A DNA stretch of 59,855 nucleotides, filler included, from Sphacelaria rigidula (taxonomy: Eukaryota), in the NCBI GenBank assembly GCA_964200075.2. It is 5 parts of 5 records of this genome, joined end to end, with 100 filler letters (N's around TTAATTAATTAA, not from the genome) between each part and the next. Parts side by side here need not be neighbours in the genome. Positions count along the whole stretch, not along the records: positions 35,976 to 47,865 come from CAXNAA020004368.1; positions 47,966 to 59,855 come from CAXNAA020004369.1; 3 more parts are not named here. One strand, given 5' to 3'. The notes beneath the pieces are model-generated. The model had not been told where the DNA came from. It did no database searches and saw only the letters and a list, made by a program, of their open reading frames with translations. Shown here piece by piece: positions 37,700 to 50,390 of this stretch (the first letter of the stretch is position 1; every line of letters starts with the position of its first letter). A program made the position numbers and the translations under genes.

Positions 37700-40122
37700 A
37701 CTTCGCACATGCAGTGCTCGTCCCTAGCTTCATAACCCCTAATGGCACCGTCAATATCAACTTATTTCACCAATCGCACGGCCACTTGACGGACGTGCTG
37801 CTGCGAGAAACGAGCAGGGCTATTGGTGTGGAGCTTGAGGGCAAGCTAGGGTCATGCTATTGGTGTTTGCTGACCAAGGGCCTACGGCGGCCGATTACGC
37901 GGAAAGCGGGTATTCGTGCAGTTAAGCGACTGCAACGCGTGATTGTTGATCTGCATGGGCCCAAGGGTGCGCAGCGTCTAGGCGGCAGGAGGTATGGTGT
38001 GATTTCTCGGAAGCAAGTGGAGAGGTCAACTGCGACGATGGAGCGGATGAAGAAGAAATGGTCCGGATTTCAACGCCCGTGACCCGTGCATGCGTGAGGC
38101 GGGCGGATACCAGCGGTGATTCCACGAAGATCAAACCTGACATTCATCGCCTGTCGAGCGCCCGAGACGGGAAGGGGGTGAGCCTTCATCCCCGATTGCA
38201 GCATCTTCGGCTGATACAGTTTCGAGCGGGAAGGGTGGGGATCAGCTGGTACAGCTCGATGATAGCATGGCAGAGAGAGCGGTGGACATCAACTTCAGCG
38301 AGGCGGAGGATGGCTCACCCGTGGCTGAGCCGCGCGCGCGTGGGCATAAGCCGCGACAAACTTGCATTCAGAGGAAGCAGCAGCAGCAGCAGTAGCAGCA
38401 GCAGCAGCAGCTCACACCAGTGATGGAAGACGGTGAGGTCGACAGCAACAACAGCAGCGAGGCGGGGGACAGTCCCTGGCACACGAGCCACGTGTGCTGG
38501 GTCGCACGCGACAGAAAACTCACACAACAGTAGAGCGTACTGGCACAGCTTACGGCTCTGCCTGGAGACATCAACCTCGCCACCTGATTAATGGCTCTCA
38601 TGGCCCAATCAGGGAAATATGGTGTTAAACGGGTGGACGTAACAGAGGAATAGCCGGCATCCAACATGCGCCGTGAGGAAGTACTCGAATCGGACAACAG
38701 AAAAGTGTGGGACGGGGTCGTGGAGAGTGGGTGAGTTCATTAAGCTAGGGGAGAAAGGGACTGTCGAGGTAGCAGATCGGCTGCCGGAGGGGTGTAAGGT
38801 CGTTGGTACAAAGTGGCTGCACACTTGGGAGATATATAAAGGTGGGTTCGTGACCGAGCCCCAAGGCTGAGGTTTGTGTGTTTGGGAAACCTACACCATC
38901 CCGGTGTTGATTCCGACGTACCCTTTGCTCCAACTCCACCTGGTCTCACCCCAAGGGTACTCGCCGCGTACGCATGCCTCAACAATCTTGAGATGTATCG
39001 CTCGGACATGGAGCCATACGTTCTTCCAGTCACTTCTAGAGGAGGAGATCAATTTTCGCTCAACAGAAGGCTGTGGTGATTTATCGGGTCGATATATTGA
39101 AGTTTTGAGAGCCTTATATGGGCTAAAGCAAGCAGGTATGTCGTGGAACGTCAAACTTGTGTCAAACCTCAAGAAGTACGGCTTCAAACCCGGGGTTCAC
39201 TGAGCCGTGCGTCTTCAGATTGATAGAGGAGGGCCATGTGAAAGCATTACTGACTGTGCATGTAGATGGCCTCCGTGTTGTATGTCACAAGGACGAATGC
39301 GCTACGAGAAGGGAAGTTCTACTACTCAAGTTTCCCACAAGAGATGTTCGTAGAGAAAACCCTCGACAAGCTTGACATTACGCGCACTGCCCCCACCCCC
39401 GCATCCGTTGCACCTAGATAGTCCACGCAGATGGACGAGGGTGGTCCTGAGATGGATGTCCCGTACATACAGGCGGTGGGAGCGTGAAGGTGATTGGCCA
39501 TTAACACTCGTCCAGACTCGCGGACGCTGTGAGGTTAGTGCCACGACGCCGCCGTGATGTTTCGTAGGATGGCTGGCTGAGGGTGGTTTGCATTCTACAG
39601 TACCTAAATGGCACGCGCGACTTGAGCGTTACTTATGAGCGCAAATCAGTAGAGGAACTAGTGGAAGACGCCGACGTTGGCTATGCTAACTTGGAGAAAG
39701 ACGATCTGTGACAGGAGGCGTTTTCATGTTCAGAGGTGTGATTGTGGTTGGTTTGTCGAGGACAAAGGGTCATATCATCGTAGTCCAGTACCAAAGCAGA
39801 GTAGGTAGGAGCTGGGGAGGTGGCCAAAGAGGTGGTGTTTGCGCGGAGATCTCTCAAATTCGTTCACCCGGATACGGGGAAGAATAGCATTACGGTGTTT
39901 GAGGACAATCACGGGGCTATTCACTTGGCCAGCAACCCGCAGTCAGTGGTGGGAGCGAACGCATTGGCGCGCATTACCATTTTCTTCGCGAGCTAGTAAG
40001 TAACGACAACATTTGCTTCGAGTACATCACGGCCCGAACAGAAACACGCCGACACGATCATCAAGGCTTCGCCTTTAAGCGGATTTCAGTACTACAGGAA
40101 CGCTATAACGAACATCAAGTAG
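37700..40122 (+). mobile_element. Ty1/Copia retrotransposon pol relic
   Basis: Pre-integrase NINLFHQSHGH...CYWC and RVIVDLHGP; RT KVVGTKW, LRALYGLKQAGMSWN, LTVHVDG; RNase H YLNGT, SSTKAE, VFEDNHGAIHLASNP, HYHFLRELV. Copia domain order (IN-RT-RH). Many stops and frameshifts; no LTR pair found. Confidence 0.93.
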
Positions 40123-41199
40123 GCTGAGTGTCTTTTTCCCGTGTTATTTATATTTTGGGGGCACTGAGTTCATGGTCCTCAACATACACGAGTATAAGTG
40201 AGTAACCTTATTACCCTCATCCACGTGAAGACACGATCAGTAGCAACTCATATAACGTGGAGGTTTGGATTTACTCGGGATCGCAGCCGCAACTTCGGTT
40301 GATCTATGATGATGGCATTTATGAGCTAAGCTTGGGACTCATAATTGATACATTTTTTGTGTATTGAATGACGCAAAGAGTCATCGACGCAAAAGCTTGA
40401 TACGTGACACGTGTTGAGGGAATTTAGGTTCTGAATTCTCGATTGCTAAGTAGGTGAGTTGGCGCGCGGCTGAATTTTCTTCCAGCGGGTTCGGACTTTT
40501 TTTTCTAGTTTTCTGTAGTGTAGCACTTTCGACGGTTCGTGTGTGCACTAATGCCAAGCAGAACCAAGGATGATGTGTGCTGAAATGATTTGCTTCAGCT
40601 TACATCAAGGACTATGTCCAAAAAGATACCGAGGTATCCGAGGGGGTATCACGAGTGAGGAACATCCTTCATTTGTGCATTTATCAGTGCTTACATATAA
40701 GTTAATATCTCGGAGTATTCTCGAGTTGTATCCCGCGTGCGCGTAGCTCTCTCCCTCAGTTCTTCCCGATTCTTCCTTGTGGTGGCGGTTACTAGTACAA
40801 CTAGGGCATCGAGACATCTTGTCTTGTCCGTACACGGCTGCGTGGCAGTCGTGTGTACTGCGGTACGGGTGATATGGATCGTGACTTCATGATCTTTGTC
40901 GACGTCTCTTGTGTTGTCGATCAATCATTCATCGGACAGTCACAGGTCGGCTAACCACAAGTCACACAGCCAGGCACACGACTAGCATTTCCGTGAGATT
41001 GTTAGCATGTAGGTTCATGTACTGCACCAAACGGCCACCCCATACTCCATACCATACCCCACAGTACTAGGGTACAGTCTCTTGCTAGCGCTACACACAA
41101 GGCCGTATTCCCACACACAAAGACCGCGGGTGCCTCGGCACCCGACCTTGGGGCTAATGTGATGTAATTGTACGTGAACTCCTTGTTAGCCCTCGCTGT

Positions 41200-41720
41200 A
41201 GAAGGACCGGTCTTCCTATGCTCACTGTAAAATGAAGAAAAAGGACATCTTTGTTCCGTAGTTTACTCATCATTCTTTCAGTTTCTTTTCTCCCCATCAG
41301 TTTCCTCTGTTTGCTCAATTCGTCCTTCACACTCCCCAATCTTAAGTTTGCACGAATGTTTCCGTATATTCACCTCATGTGCGACAATCCATCCATCAAT
41401 CACGCAAACATTGATTTTAGTGTGGTGCCCGCATAAATCAAGCACCTCTTGTAACACCCCATGGGGAATATCTGTCCCGCCCGTGTGAAAGGATGCTTGG
41501 GAACGTCACCGGGTGAAATTAAATTGGACGTCGCGCTTCAAGAGCCCATGCTACCAAGGTCAGCGATCATCAAAATCACTTTATGAGAGCGCATCCTCCG
41601 AAGCCGCATATATCATTGCTTTACTGTTTAACGTCGGCAACTCTGACGGAGACTTTAAACTGAATAACATCAATCACCTTCTATTTCCCTCCATGTCTCC
41701 CTTTCAATCCTCCCCCTTCA
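41200..41720 (-). mobile_element. Possible LINE endonuclease-to-RT linker relic
   Basis: Broken minus-strand reading LPTLNSKA...QFNFTR.RSQ...EVLDL...VKDELSKQRKLMGRKETERM resembles the end of an APE domain. Heavily decayed. Confidence 0.35.
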
Positions 41721-42207
41721 TCGGGAAGAACCCGTAGATTGAAGATCCCGTCTCTTCGCCAGTACGTACTTGGCTTGCTCCTAGTCATGGAGCATTAGAT
41801 CAGCACTCCCATGACAGCCCGTCGACTTCCACAATCAAGTCTATTTCGCCTGGAACTGTTTCACTTCTCTGAAAGCACCACCCCCAGGGGTGATTTTAAC
41901 TTACACCATTCTGAAACCGATTAGGGCAGAGGTTACGATTCAAGCCCCATCAGATGCGCTTTTTTTTTTTTCAGGAGCATCTGACTCCCATCGTTTAAAC
42001 TGTGAGGGCATGAGTAGCAGAGAAAAAATGATGAGAGCCGATGCGGTGTGGAGGTGCTGATCCAACCCGCGATACCAAAAAATTAGGCCTGTATCAGGGG
42101 AGAGAGGTGGGTCGATCTCTTGAGACAACACACTCGTCGCCAAGAAGGCGGAAGGAGTCGAAAGTACGACGAAATAAGTGAATAAAAACCCATGCCCGTC
42201 CCCTCAC

Positions 42208-45200
42208 CGTCATGCTCCCATCTCCGACGCGGGAACCTCCGACCCAGAACACCGCCATGAGCGCCCCTCCAGCCAAGGCAAACAGCCCGCCGCGGAAGAC
42301 GCCCTTGGCATTCGCCTCTGTGGCACGTAGCTTCCACGCGTTTTGCACCATCTTTCATGGTTGGATCCATGCAATTGTTGTGGAAGCAAGTACGGGAGGA
42401 AGGATGAAAAACAATATAAAATACGGTGGGTATGCGTTGTGTATCTGTGAAGCATTATTTCATCATATATTACGGTACAGTAGAACGGGCCGGCTGAAGG
42501 GCATCTAATAAAGCGTTTTTTTTTCTTTCTGGATTATGACCACCTTTTGCTCAATACGGTTTTCCCTTTCATGGCGATGTATACCCGTCGGGAGGTGGCT
42601 TTGGATATAGCGCGGTGATTTTGGCATGTCACAACCGGAAGAACACACCAACCGCCCTTGTTTCGAGTCCACCTCTGATCCAACCGTAGCTTCAGAGGGT
42701 AGCTATACTAAGTTTCTTCTTGGCTGGTGCTACATCCTGCTACTAGAACCTCAAGAGAAGGATCTCAGGACGGCCGAACAGCTTCCCAGGATTTGTAGAC
42801 GTGGGTGGGTGAGCGGCAGGTGCGTGACCCTACCCCTCGGGGGACACCCGCCGACCACCTTGGTATCCCTCTGTGCACAAGGGAATGAGGGGGCTTTGAT
42901 TGCTGAAGGGACATGACATACCGACCATTGTACTTGGATTTAGCTCTGAACCCAACCCGGAATACACCGGACAGGAATTTTCACCCTCGACACAAGTGAC
43001 TAGATGGACCGATCTGCCTTGCGCTGTCACGTGTAGGAATCCGTGTTCTACATAGAGTTTTGAGAACACCATCATCCGCGAGCTGTAACGTCTGCTGTAT
43101 AGCCTGGCCAAAAAGCGTGAAAACACTTACCCTGGGTGCACATGGGTTGAGCGCCACTTGGTTCCTCAATCTTATTGGAACTCGCGATCAACAATACTAC
43201 CTCCCACATTTGAGCTTTCGTCACTTGAAAAACGTCAGTTTGAGTTCGGTGCACGAATCTGTCACATTAGTCTATTTGAACTTGGAGTTGAGCACCGTTT
43301 CGGTGGGCTGAATCACAAACACTTGCAGAAAAACAACCAAATTTTGCCATAGAAAACGTCAATTGTAAATCGTCATTTATCCATCGACGGTTCTAAGATG
43401 GTTGAGGGTCAGTACAGAAAGTAGTTGACAAGAAGAGTCGAGGCTTCGCGTGTCTGCAGCTGGGAAACGGCGATGTCCAGTGTTGTTTTCCTGGTCAAGG
43501 AGTACATGCAAGATACTGACTGCGTGAACATCGCGTCAAATGCTCGTTGATACCTTCGCCACAACGACAACGTGGTCTTTTTTCAGGTGTCATTTTCCAT
43601 TTTGTTCTTCACCGAGGGTACACGAAACAAAATATGACGATTCTCTCGTTCAGAGTTTCTTTTCCGCACGGGGGCGGGGTGTAAGAGAGATGGCTATGTA
43701 TGTAGTAAGCAAAAAACATCAAAAAGGGGCAAACAAACAAAAAAGCTTTTACCTCTTCGAATCGCTCCGTCTCCAGCTTCTCATTTGCGAAGGCACGTAC
43801 GGTGCGGATGTTGGTCAGGCGAGCCACGGCGAACGCATGAGCCTCACTGTCCACGCTCCTCAATCGCAAGGACAGCCGCTTGACGTGCTTGGAGTACAGC
43901 ATGGAGACGGATCCCACAATAGGAACCTGTCAACAACCAACAACGATTTCCACGCGCAAAACTCCGGTTGTTCACAACTGCAAATGAGTTTAGAAGAAAG
44001 ATTCCGGCTGAAACTGGAAGATCTGCCTCAAGAGTGGAAGATCAGAGCGTAGCGGGATCTGAGGTTCATGGATCGGGGCAATTCGTCACACAAGTATACC
44101 TTGGAGAATACATGAGTCGAAAGTTGCAGTATATAATAAACGTACGGCATAAAGTATAGGCCTATTGCAACTGTTGTCGCGCCTATACTTCATGCAGTAC
44201 ATTTATTGTCTATCGCAACTTTTGAATATTCATTGCCCACGGTGTGAACAAAATGCAGCTGGCCCAGCGAACGATTACAGTTACGTAGGAATCGGATTCG
44301 GCATGATCGGATATACACATGGGTGATTCAGAGACCGAAAGAAGAAAGACATCTGTCCAATACTCAAGATAGAGCGGCAGCTCAGAACAGTATTATTAAT
44401 GGTCCATCTCATCAAGCAGTAACAAACAGCATTTCCTTCGGCGAATTCACGATAGGAGCAACACGCCAGTTCCCAGCTGGCATGATGGTTCCCACAATAA
44501 CAACGCGTTCAACGATGTTGCTCGCAAGGTGGGGAAAGTCACTCAACTGCGGAAAGCGACGCCATTTTCCCCCACTTTTCAGGCGAACTTACTCTTCATT
44601 TCAGACTATTTAAAGTGAAACACAATGCACCGTTTCCCTTGCTATACAGGCATCCACCACCAAAATCAACCAAACAAAATTGGTATGTCAAGAAAGGCAA
44701 ATGTTCCCCATTTTATTCCATCCAGGGTAAAACGACTTGCCGTGGATATGGAGACCAGGGTGAGGCTTGGCGAGATGGATAGCAGCGCCAGCGAGGCGTT
44801 GATGGAAGAGTTCAGAGATCGAAGTATCCCCGCCATCTTGTCGGCGAAAACTTGTGAGGCTACGTCCACGTCCTGTGATGCCATGGCAACAACACACACG
44901 GTTCGATGCAACAACCGACAGGGAGGGACACGGACAAGAAAAGAATGATAATTTGATCAATGGATTGATTTGACCGATTCTTACACGCTGGCACTAACAC
45001 GCTAGCACTAACCGATCAGCTACGAATCCAGCCGAGGTCGGTCAGTAGGTAGACCACGCGTGCGTCGCCAAAAATAAACAAGGTAAATCTAGGCCACGTA
45101 TGCAGCCTGATTGTACCTCCCCTCCCCCCCCTTCCCATCATCACTCACTTTATTCAAGGTATTCATACATGATTTGATAAGAGGAATAGAAGTAGCAAAG

Positions 45201-46501
45201 CAAGGAGTCAAGTTGGGGGAAGATACGGTATCAGGGTTGATATTCGCGTATGATTTCCTGGGGATATCAGAAACACCAGCAGGATTGCAGAAACAGATAG
45301 ACAAGGTGCTAAATTACACTATGAAATGGAGAGTGACAGTGAACGTAAACAAATGCGAGGTACTTGTATGTAACTAGGACAAGAAAAATCCGGTAGATTT
45401 CAGATGGAAGTGGGGGGAAGAGGAACTGCCGATCATACACCAGTATAAATACCATGGCGTAGAGATGTCGAGAAACTATTCTTGGGATGCAGATAAAGAT
45501 GCAGTAATAGGAAAGGGTAAGGCACAGATAAGGCAAGATGAACGTGATCCTCAGAGACTCGCGCCTAGGTACTAGGATTAAGATATGTATCCCGATGAAC
45601 GTGATTGGACCAAAGCTGGAATATGCAGGAGACGTCTGGGAGGGGAACGCGAAGTTGGAGAAGAAGATGAGAACAATACAAAGAGCAGCAGCTAAGAAAA
45701 TACTTGGATACTCGAAAACGACTAGTAATACGATGCTCCGTCGCGAAAGGGGTGTGTGGTTAATGACCAAGCGACTCAGGAGAGCAGCAAATGAGTATGC
45801 CTCCCCCCCCCCCAACAATTTGTTCTTCCTCGATTGGGTGTGAATGCGCGTGCTGTTGCGCAAGACCTTTCTCGCCTGAAGCGATGCCGCAGAGGTCGGC
45901 CATTAAATCGTTTTTTTGTCCTCGTTTTTTTTGTTTTCGTTTTCCCCCGTGTTTCGTTTTTCGTTTTATTTCTTTTCAACCTACTCTCTGTGTCTGTTCC
46001 ACCTTTCTGCTTTCTTCACTTTTTTTCAGCGAGGTTTTTCGTACTGTTTTTTTTTTTCAATATCGGGTACGTCTATCATGTATCGAGCTGGATCCCCGGG
46101 GAATCAGTAATGTGCGGCAATCGACCACTCGATCAAAAAACAAATCATGCCAGAAAAAATGTCCAGTGCACACCCACGTACACGCGTTTAGGCACACACA
46201 CACCTCTGCCAATACTGGCGCCAGCTCTCCGGCCTTGTTGCTGTCGAAAAACTCCTTCTCCTGCACCATGAGCGCCTCAAACAGCCGCGTCCGCAGTCTC
46301 GCCGCAACGCCTCCCGAGGCCATCGCCAGGGCATACATCCTGCCCCAAGATGCTAGCGACCCCAACGCGAAGACCCCGAACGCGCTGAGGAAAAATGTGG
46401 TATCTGATATGGGCTTGCCGGCGACGCATATTTCCCTGGACTGGGATTCACCGCCACCGCCTCCGTCCCCCCTACCGCGCTTCGAAGCACGATCGATAAC
46501 C
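42208..46501 (-). CDS. ABCB-family half transporter (ABCB10/MDL1-like) transmembrane domain, four internal exons: 46501-46204, 44872-44741, 43926-43753, 42351-42208
   Basis: Phase-consistent splice gives VIDR...GVFALGSLASWGRMYAL...ARLRTRLFEALMVQEKEFFDSNKAGELAPVLAE-DVDVASQVF...LLSISPSLTLVSIST-VPIVG...LTNIRTVRAFANEKLETERFEE-MVQNAW...VFWVGGSRVGDGSMT. 5' exons and the nucleotide-binding domain were not found in this scaffold. Confidence 0.92.
45130..46135 (+). mobile_element. LINE relic (RT domain plus 3' UTR) inside an ABC transporter intron, antisense to the gene
   Basis: LFKVFIHDL...VSGLIFAYDFLG (degenerate YADD), KWRVTVNVNKC, YKYHGVE, PKLEYAGDVWEGN. Internal stop and a deletion, then the ORF-end motif and 3' UTR. 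Confidence 0.92.
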
Positions 46502-46544
46502 CTGTTGTGGACGAATTCGGCGGATAGAAATCGGGTACGACAGG

Positions 46545-46690
46545 GGGGTGGGGGGGGGGGTACTCATTTGTTGCTTGCCCTGGTCGTTTGACCATTGACC
46601 ACGCATCCCTTTCGAGACGGAGCATCGTTTCTACTCCTAATAGACACACTTCCCAGATTTCGGCGCTTATTACCTTTCTTCCACACATCA
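46545..46690 (-). mobile_element. LINE ORF2 C-terminal fragment
   Basis: Minus strand ...GGATGCGTGGTCAATGGTCAAACGACCAGGGCAAGCAACAAATGAGTAC-poly(C). Confidence 0.7.
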
Positions 46691-47865
46691 CACAATAACC
46701 TTTTACATATTCTCATCTTGCTCAATTGGCCTGGTTCTCGTTCTTGCGCACGAATGTGTCGTGCGACTTCGAAATATCCCGAGCCTAAAAATACCGCATG
46801 TTTTCGTGTTACGTCAAAATTGAAGGGAATGTACTTCGGTACGTTTTTTTACGCATTTGCATGCCAGATTTCTTTCACACAAGCTCCACTGTCACTTTCG
46901 TCGACACCTTCTCCCCTCCGGTCTAACAGCTACGGCATGTTAGATAGTGAGAACACCCCCTCTACCCTCTCACACGAGACTGAGTTGAACCTTGGTTCAT
47001 TTCGCTTCTTCCGTACCTACCTCATCCTCTGAATGGGGGGGGGGGGGTAATTTTTTTCAAGAAAACTACAGTTTAAGGTGTATGTGCATTCTGAGCTATA
47101 AATATTAGCGGGTACTTGCATGAATCTAGAGTTTAGGGGGTCTTTGTTGGTTTTCTTGTGAAAGTCACGGTGTTTTTATCATACTGGAACCAGCAGATAC
47201 ACAAGTTCAGTATAACGTGAGAGTAACTGACGCTGCACGAACGTACGATTTTGTTCCATAACGCACAGCTATCTCGCCCTCCTCCTACGCGCAATCCAAT
47301 GACGGAGCAACCGCGATCCAAGAAATCTGACCCATCGCCTGTTCGTTCATGAGCCGACCCTATCCTGCCGCTTAAGGTTTCCTGCGTTCGCACTACACCC
47401 TCCTCTTCGACGGAAATTTAATTCACTTACTCAAAGCCAATTACTGGGCGCACTAGTGCCTCGGATGACGTGTGTGCTGGGGACGGGTTGGTTCATGGAA
47501 AACGTGATGACCCAAAGGTGGACATCGCTAATATTCTGAATTTGAATCTTGCACGCTAGAGTATCGACGTATCGATACCCGCATCCCTCCATGACACTGC
47601 CGGACACATACATTCATACTAATGCATTAGTTTTGAACTGCGCGCACAGGGGCGATCCCTTCTTGGCGAGGGCATTGTTCACTTGTGCATACTGCTGGAG
47701 ACCAGTTTAGCTTGTGTTTGTTTCGCGGTAGCAAGGCGCCCGAGAGAGGAGGGATGGAGGAGGAGGGGGGGGGTGGCGACTCACCAACTCTTGCCTCACA
47801 AGACTGTGACTTGAACCCTGGTTTGCGTCACTACTCTTCACTTAATCCTGATTTTGTAGGGGGGG

Positions 47866-47965
47866 NNNNNNNNNNNNNNNNNNNNNNNNNNNNNNNNNNN
47901 NNNNNNNNNTTAATTAATTAANNNNNNNNNNNNNNNNNNNNNNNNNNNNNNNNNNNNNNNNNNNN
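47866..47965. other. Artificial scaffold spacer
   Basis: 44 N + TTAATTAATTAA + 44 N. Confidence 0.97.
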
Positions 47966-48252
47966 ATGTTGGGCCTCGTGGAAGCGCATTTCGGAACTGA
48001 AACGATTCACTCACTGACTCACCGCTTCTCACTCTACGTGGTATCATCTACTCTCCATCTCACGAAAACACTTTTATATATGAGTCCCCGCGATTTTGCT
48101 CAGATTGAGGTCTCCACAAAATCTAGATATGTCCTCATAAGAAACACTGTTTTCGTGAGAATGAGGGTAGAAGATACCACGTAGAGTGAGAAGCGGTGAG
48201 TCAGTGAGTGAATCGTTTCAGTTCCGCAATGCCCCTCTACGAGGCCCGATAT
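47966..48252 (+). ncRNA. Long hairpin (candidate miRNA/hpRNA precursor, or palindromic MITE)
   Basis: Arms of ~119 nt (47966-48084 and 48134-48252). Perfect 54-bp duplex 47992-48045 with 48173-48226. Several flanking differences are G-U compatible on the + strand. The inverted repeat is certain; RNA function is inferred. Confidence 0.45.
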
Positions 48253-48664
48253 GCTTTCTGTAGCAGCTTGCCACCGAAGACCTTGGTATCCCCGCGTAGG
48301 GTATCGGCGTGTAGCTGAAGACACACGCCAGTGAACAGGCGAAGAAGGTAAACACGGAATGAAAAAATGGCCAAGTCGGAGCGAATGACAAAACCCACTT
48401 TCAATCAGCGCTCTGCTCTCAATCTCACGAGAAAATCCGTCAATTTGCACGAGTCTTTACATTAAACCGACATACCAGAGAACAGCACGCCAAAAACTTT
48501 GGCACGACATGACAATGAAGTCCATTCATGTCTCCATAGTCAAACTGATGGATACGCAGCAATACCTTCCTCCGACTCGAGGGTGTTGGGCTTTGCCATC
48601 CAGTTCCCGAATCCATAGCATGAACCCGCAACTTTGCTCCTCGGTGCAGGACTCGACAATCCTG

Positions 48665-49478
48665 CAGTAGTGGGCGGTTTAACTATTCATTCTGCGGTAT
48701 TTTGTCATTTTTTCGTAATTGGCGATTTTCGTGTGTTCTTTCTGCTTGCGACCGCTCACCACATTGAGAATCTGAAGATATTTTCATCTGCTTCACAATC
48801 CAAGAATAAGAAATCATATTTACTCAATGTTAAGTGAGTTACGGGCTGACCGGTCATCGGGGGTCCCGCCAGGTTTCAGCCCTGATTCTCCCTCCTCGGT
48901 ATTTTCGGTGGATCGAGTCTAACCCGATCATAGTTGTGAAAAAAATTACCGTTTCACTTTTTTGAAATTCTACCAACTCATGGCACTAGAGCCGAAAAAC
49001 TGTGTTTCACGGTCAAAAAGACCCTCTTGGTGAAGGGGGAATTTACTCGTATCACCCGACAACACCAACTAACACAGACGTGAGCACTGTGTTTCGTGGG
49101 TCGCCTGTTGATTGTACCGAAATTTACCACGGTCAGCACAGATCTTCACGACTCGAAATCATCAAATTCACGATTTCTTTGGCCTGATTGCCCAGAAGGG
49201 GGAAGAAGGTTGATCGCTGGTCCAAGGGGTAAACAAAAACGTTTGCCCCATTCCACGTGTCTGGGCTGCGTGTACCTGTGTTGAAACGCTAAAATAAAGC
49301 CTAGGGATTGAGTCGTCACGAGTCGACTCATCATACCAAAACCAAGTAATTTTCAGACGAATCCATATTTGTCCGACCCTTGAAATCCACCGATGTTGGC
49401 AATTTCGAGTTCTATCGAAGAGTAGTACGCGAGAAAAAAACCCAAAACACCCTTGAATAGTTAGACCGCCCACTACTG
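48665..49478. mobile_element. Non-autonomous element with Tc1/mariner-like ends
   Basis: TIR CAGTAGTGGGCGGT(T/C)TAACTATTCA. TA on the right (49479-49480), TG on the left. Confidence 0.8.
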
Positions 49479-50390
49479 TAGCTCAATTTTTCAAGGCATC
49501 GGTACAGGCTTTCACAGATTGGTCCCAAAAGAGGCGAATAAAGTGCGACCCTGTACAGGTCCTACTCACGGTCTGTAGCATTGGTATACGAAAATAGTCT
49601 GAACGTTCAAAAAAGACCGATGAACTACTACTATTGTTGCCCCAACAAGGACCAGATACGGCAAGCGGAGAACGGGGCAGCAGCAACGAGGGACGTTGAA
49701 CGGATAACATACTACGCTCTAGCCGCGCAAGTAATATCCAAGCTGCGATCGACCCGGCGACGAATCACTTGCAATTATTTCCACATCTACCCGCCACCCA
49801 CGCCGAAAGTCGACTGTGGAAGCCTGTCCGTCTGATCCACGGCACCAAGAGATCACTCTTCGCTGAGCCGTCCGACACACCTTTGACCTACATGTGCACT
49901 CTGTCAAGTGTTGAGGGATGGCAAGAGCACGCGCCATACGTTTTCTTACGAGCATGTGACCTTCTCGACAACCCGGTTGTTTCATTGGACATACAGGATT
50001 TGCTGCTAGCGAAAATGGAGGTCAAGGTGCTGCTACAGTACTCACAGCAAAGCAGCAACTGACGAATGAACGTACTGCAGCACGCGGGACGTCTGCCAAT
50101 CATTAGCTCAGATATTACAGCGTTCATGGCCGCTACAACAATACAGTTGTGCAAACTACTTCTTCCACCAAGCACTCAATTGAATGAACAACAGAGGTCC
50201 GGCGCAGGCATCACCATGGTCAAACGAAAACAGGTCTACCCGGTCTCAATGACACACACGACAACGGGGGCTGCAGCGGCGAATGTGAATTTACCAACAA
50301 ACTCTTGAGGCAAAAACTGGCGCTAACCTACGGATCGGCGTACAGCGAGCATGTTACAATCCCTCTCACTCGCGTTTGTGTTGATAACAC

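Noticed and set aside
40670..40945. Solo or 3' LTR of the Copia relic
   Set aside because: TG...CA-like ends, but no second copy, PPT or TSD could be confirmed.
45791..46591. 266-aa ORF
   Set aside because: LINE 3' UTR plus the antisense of the ABC transporter exon.
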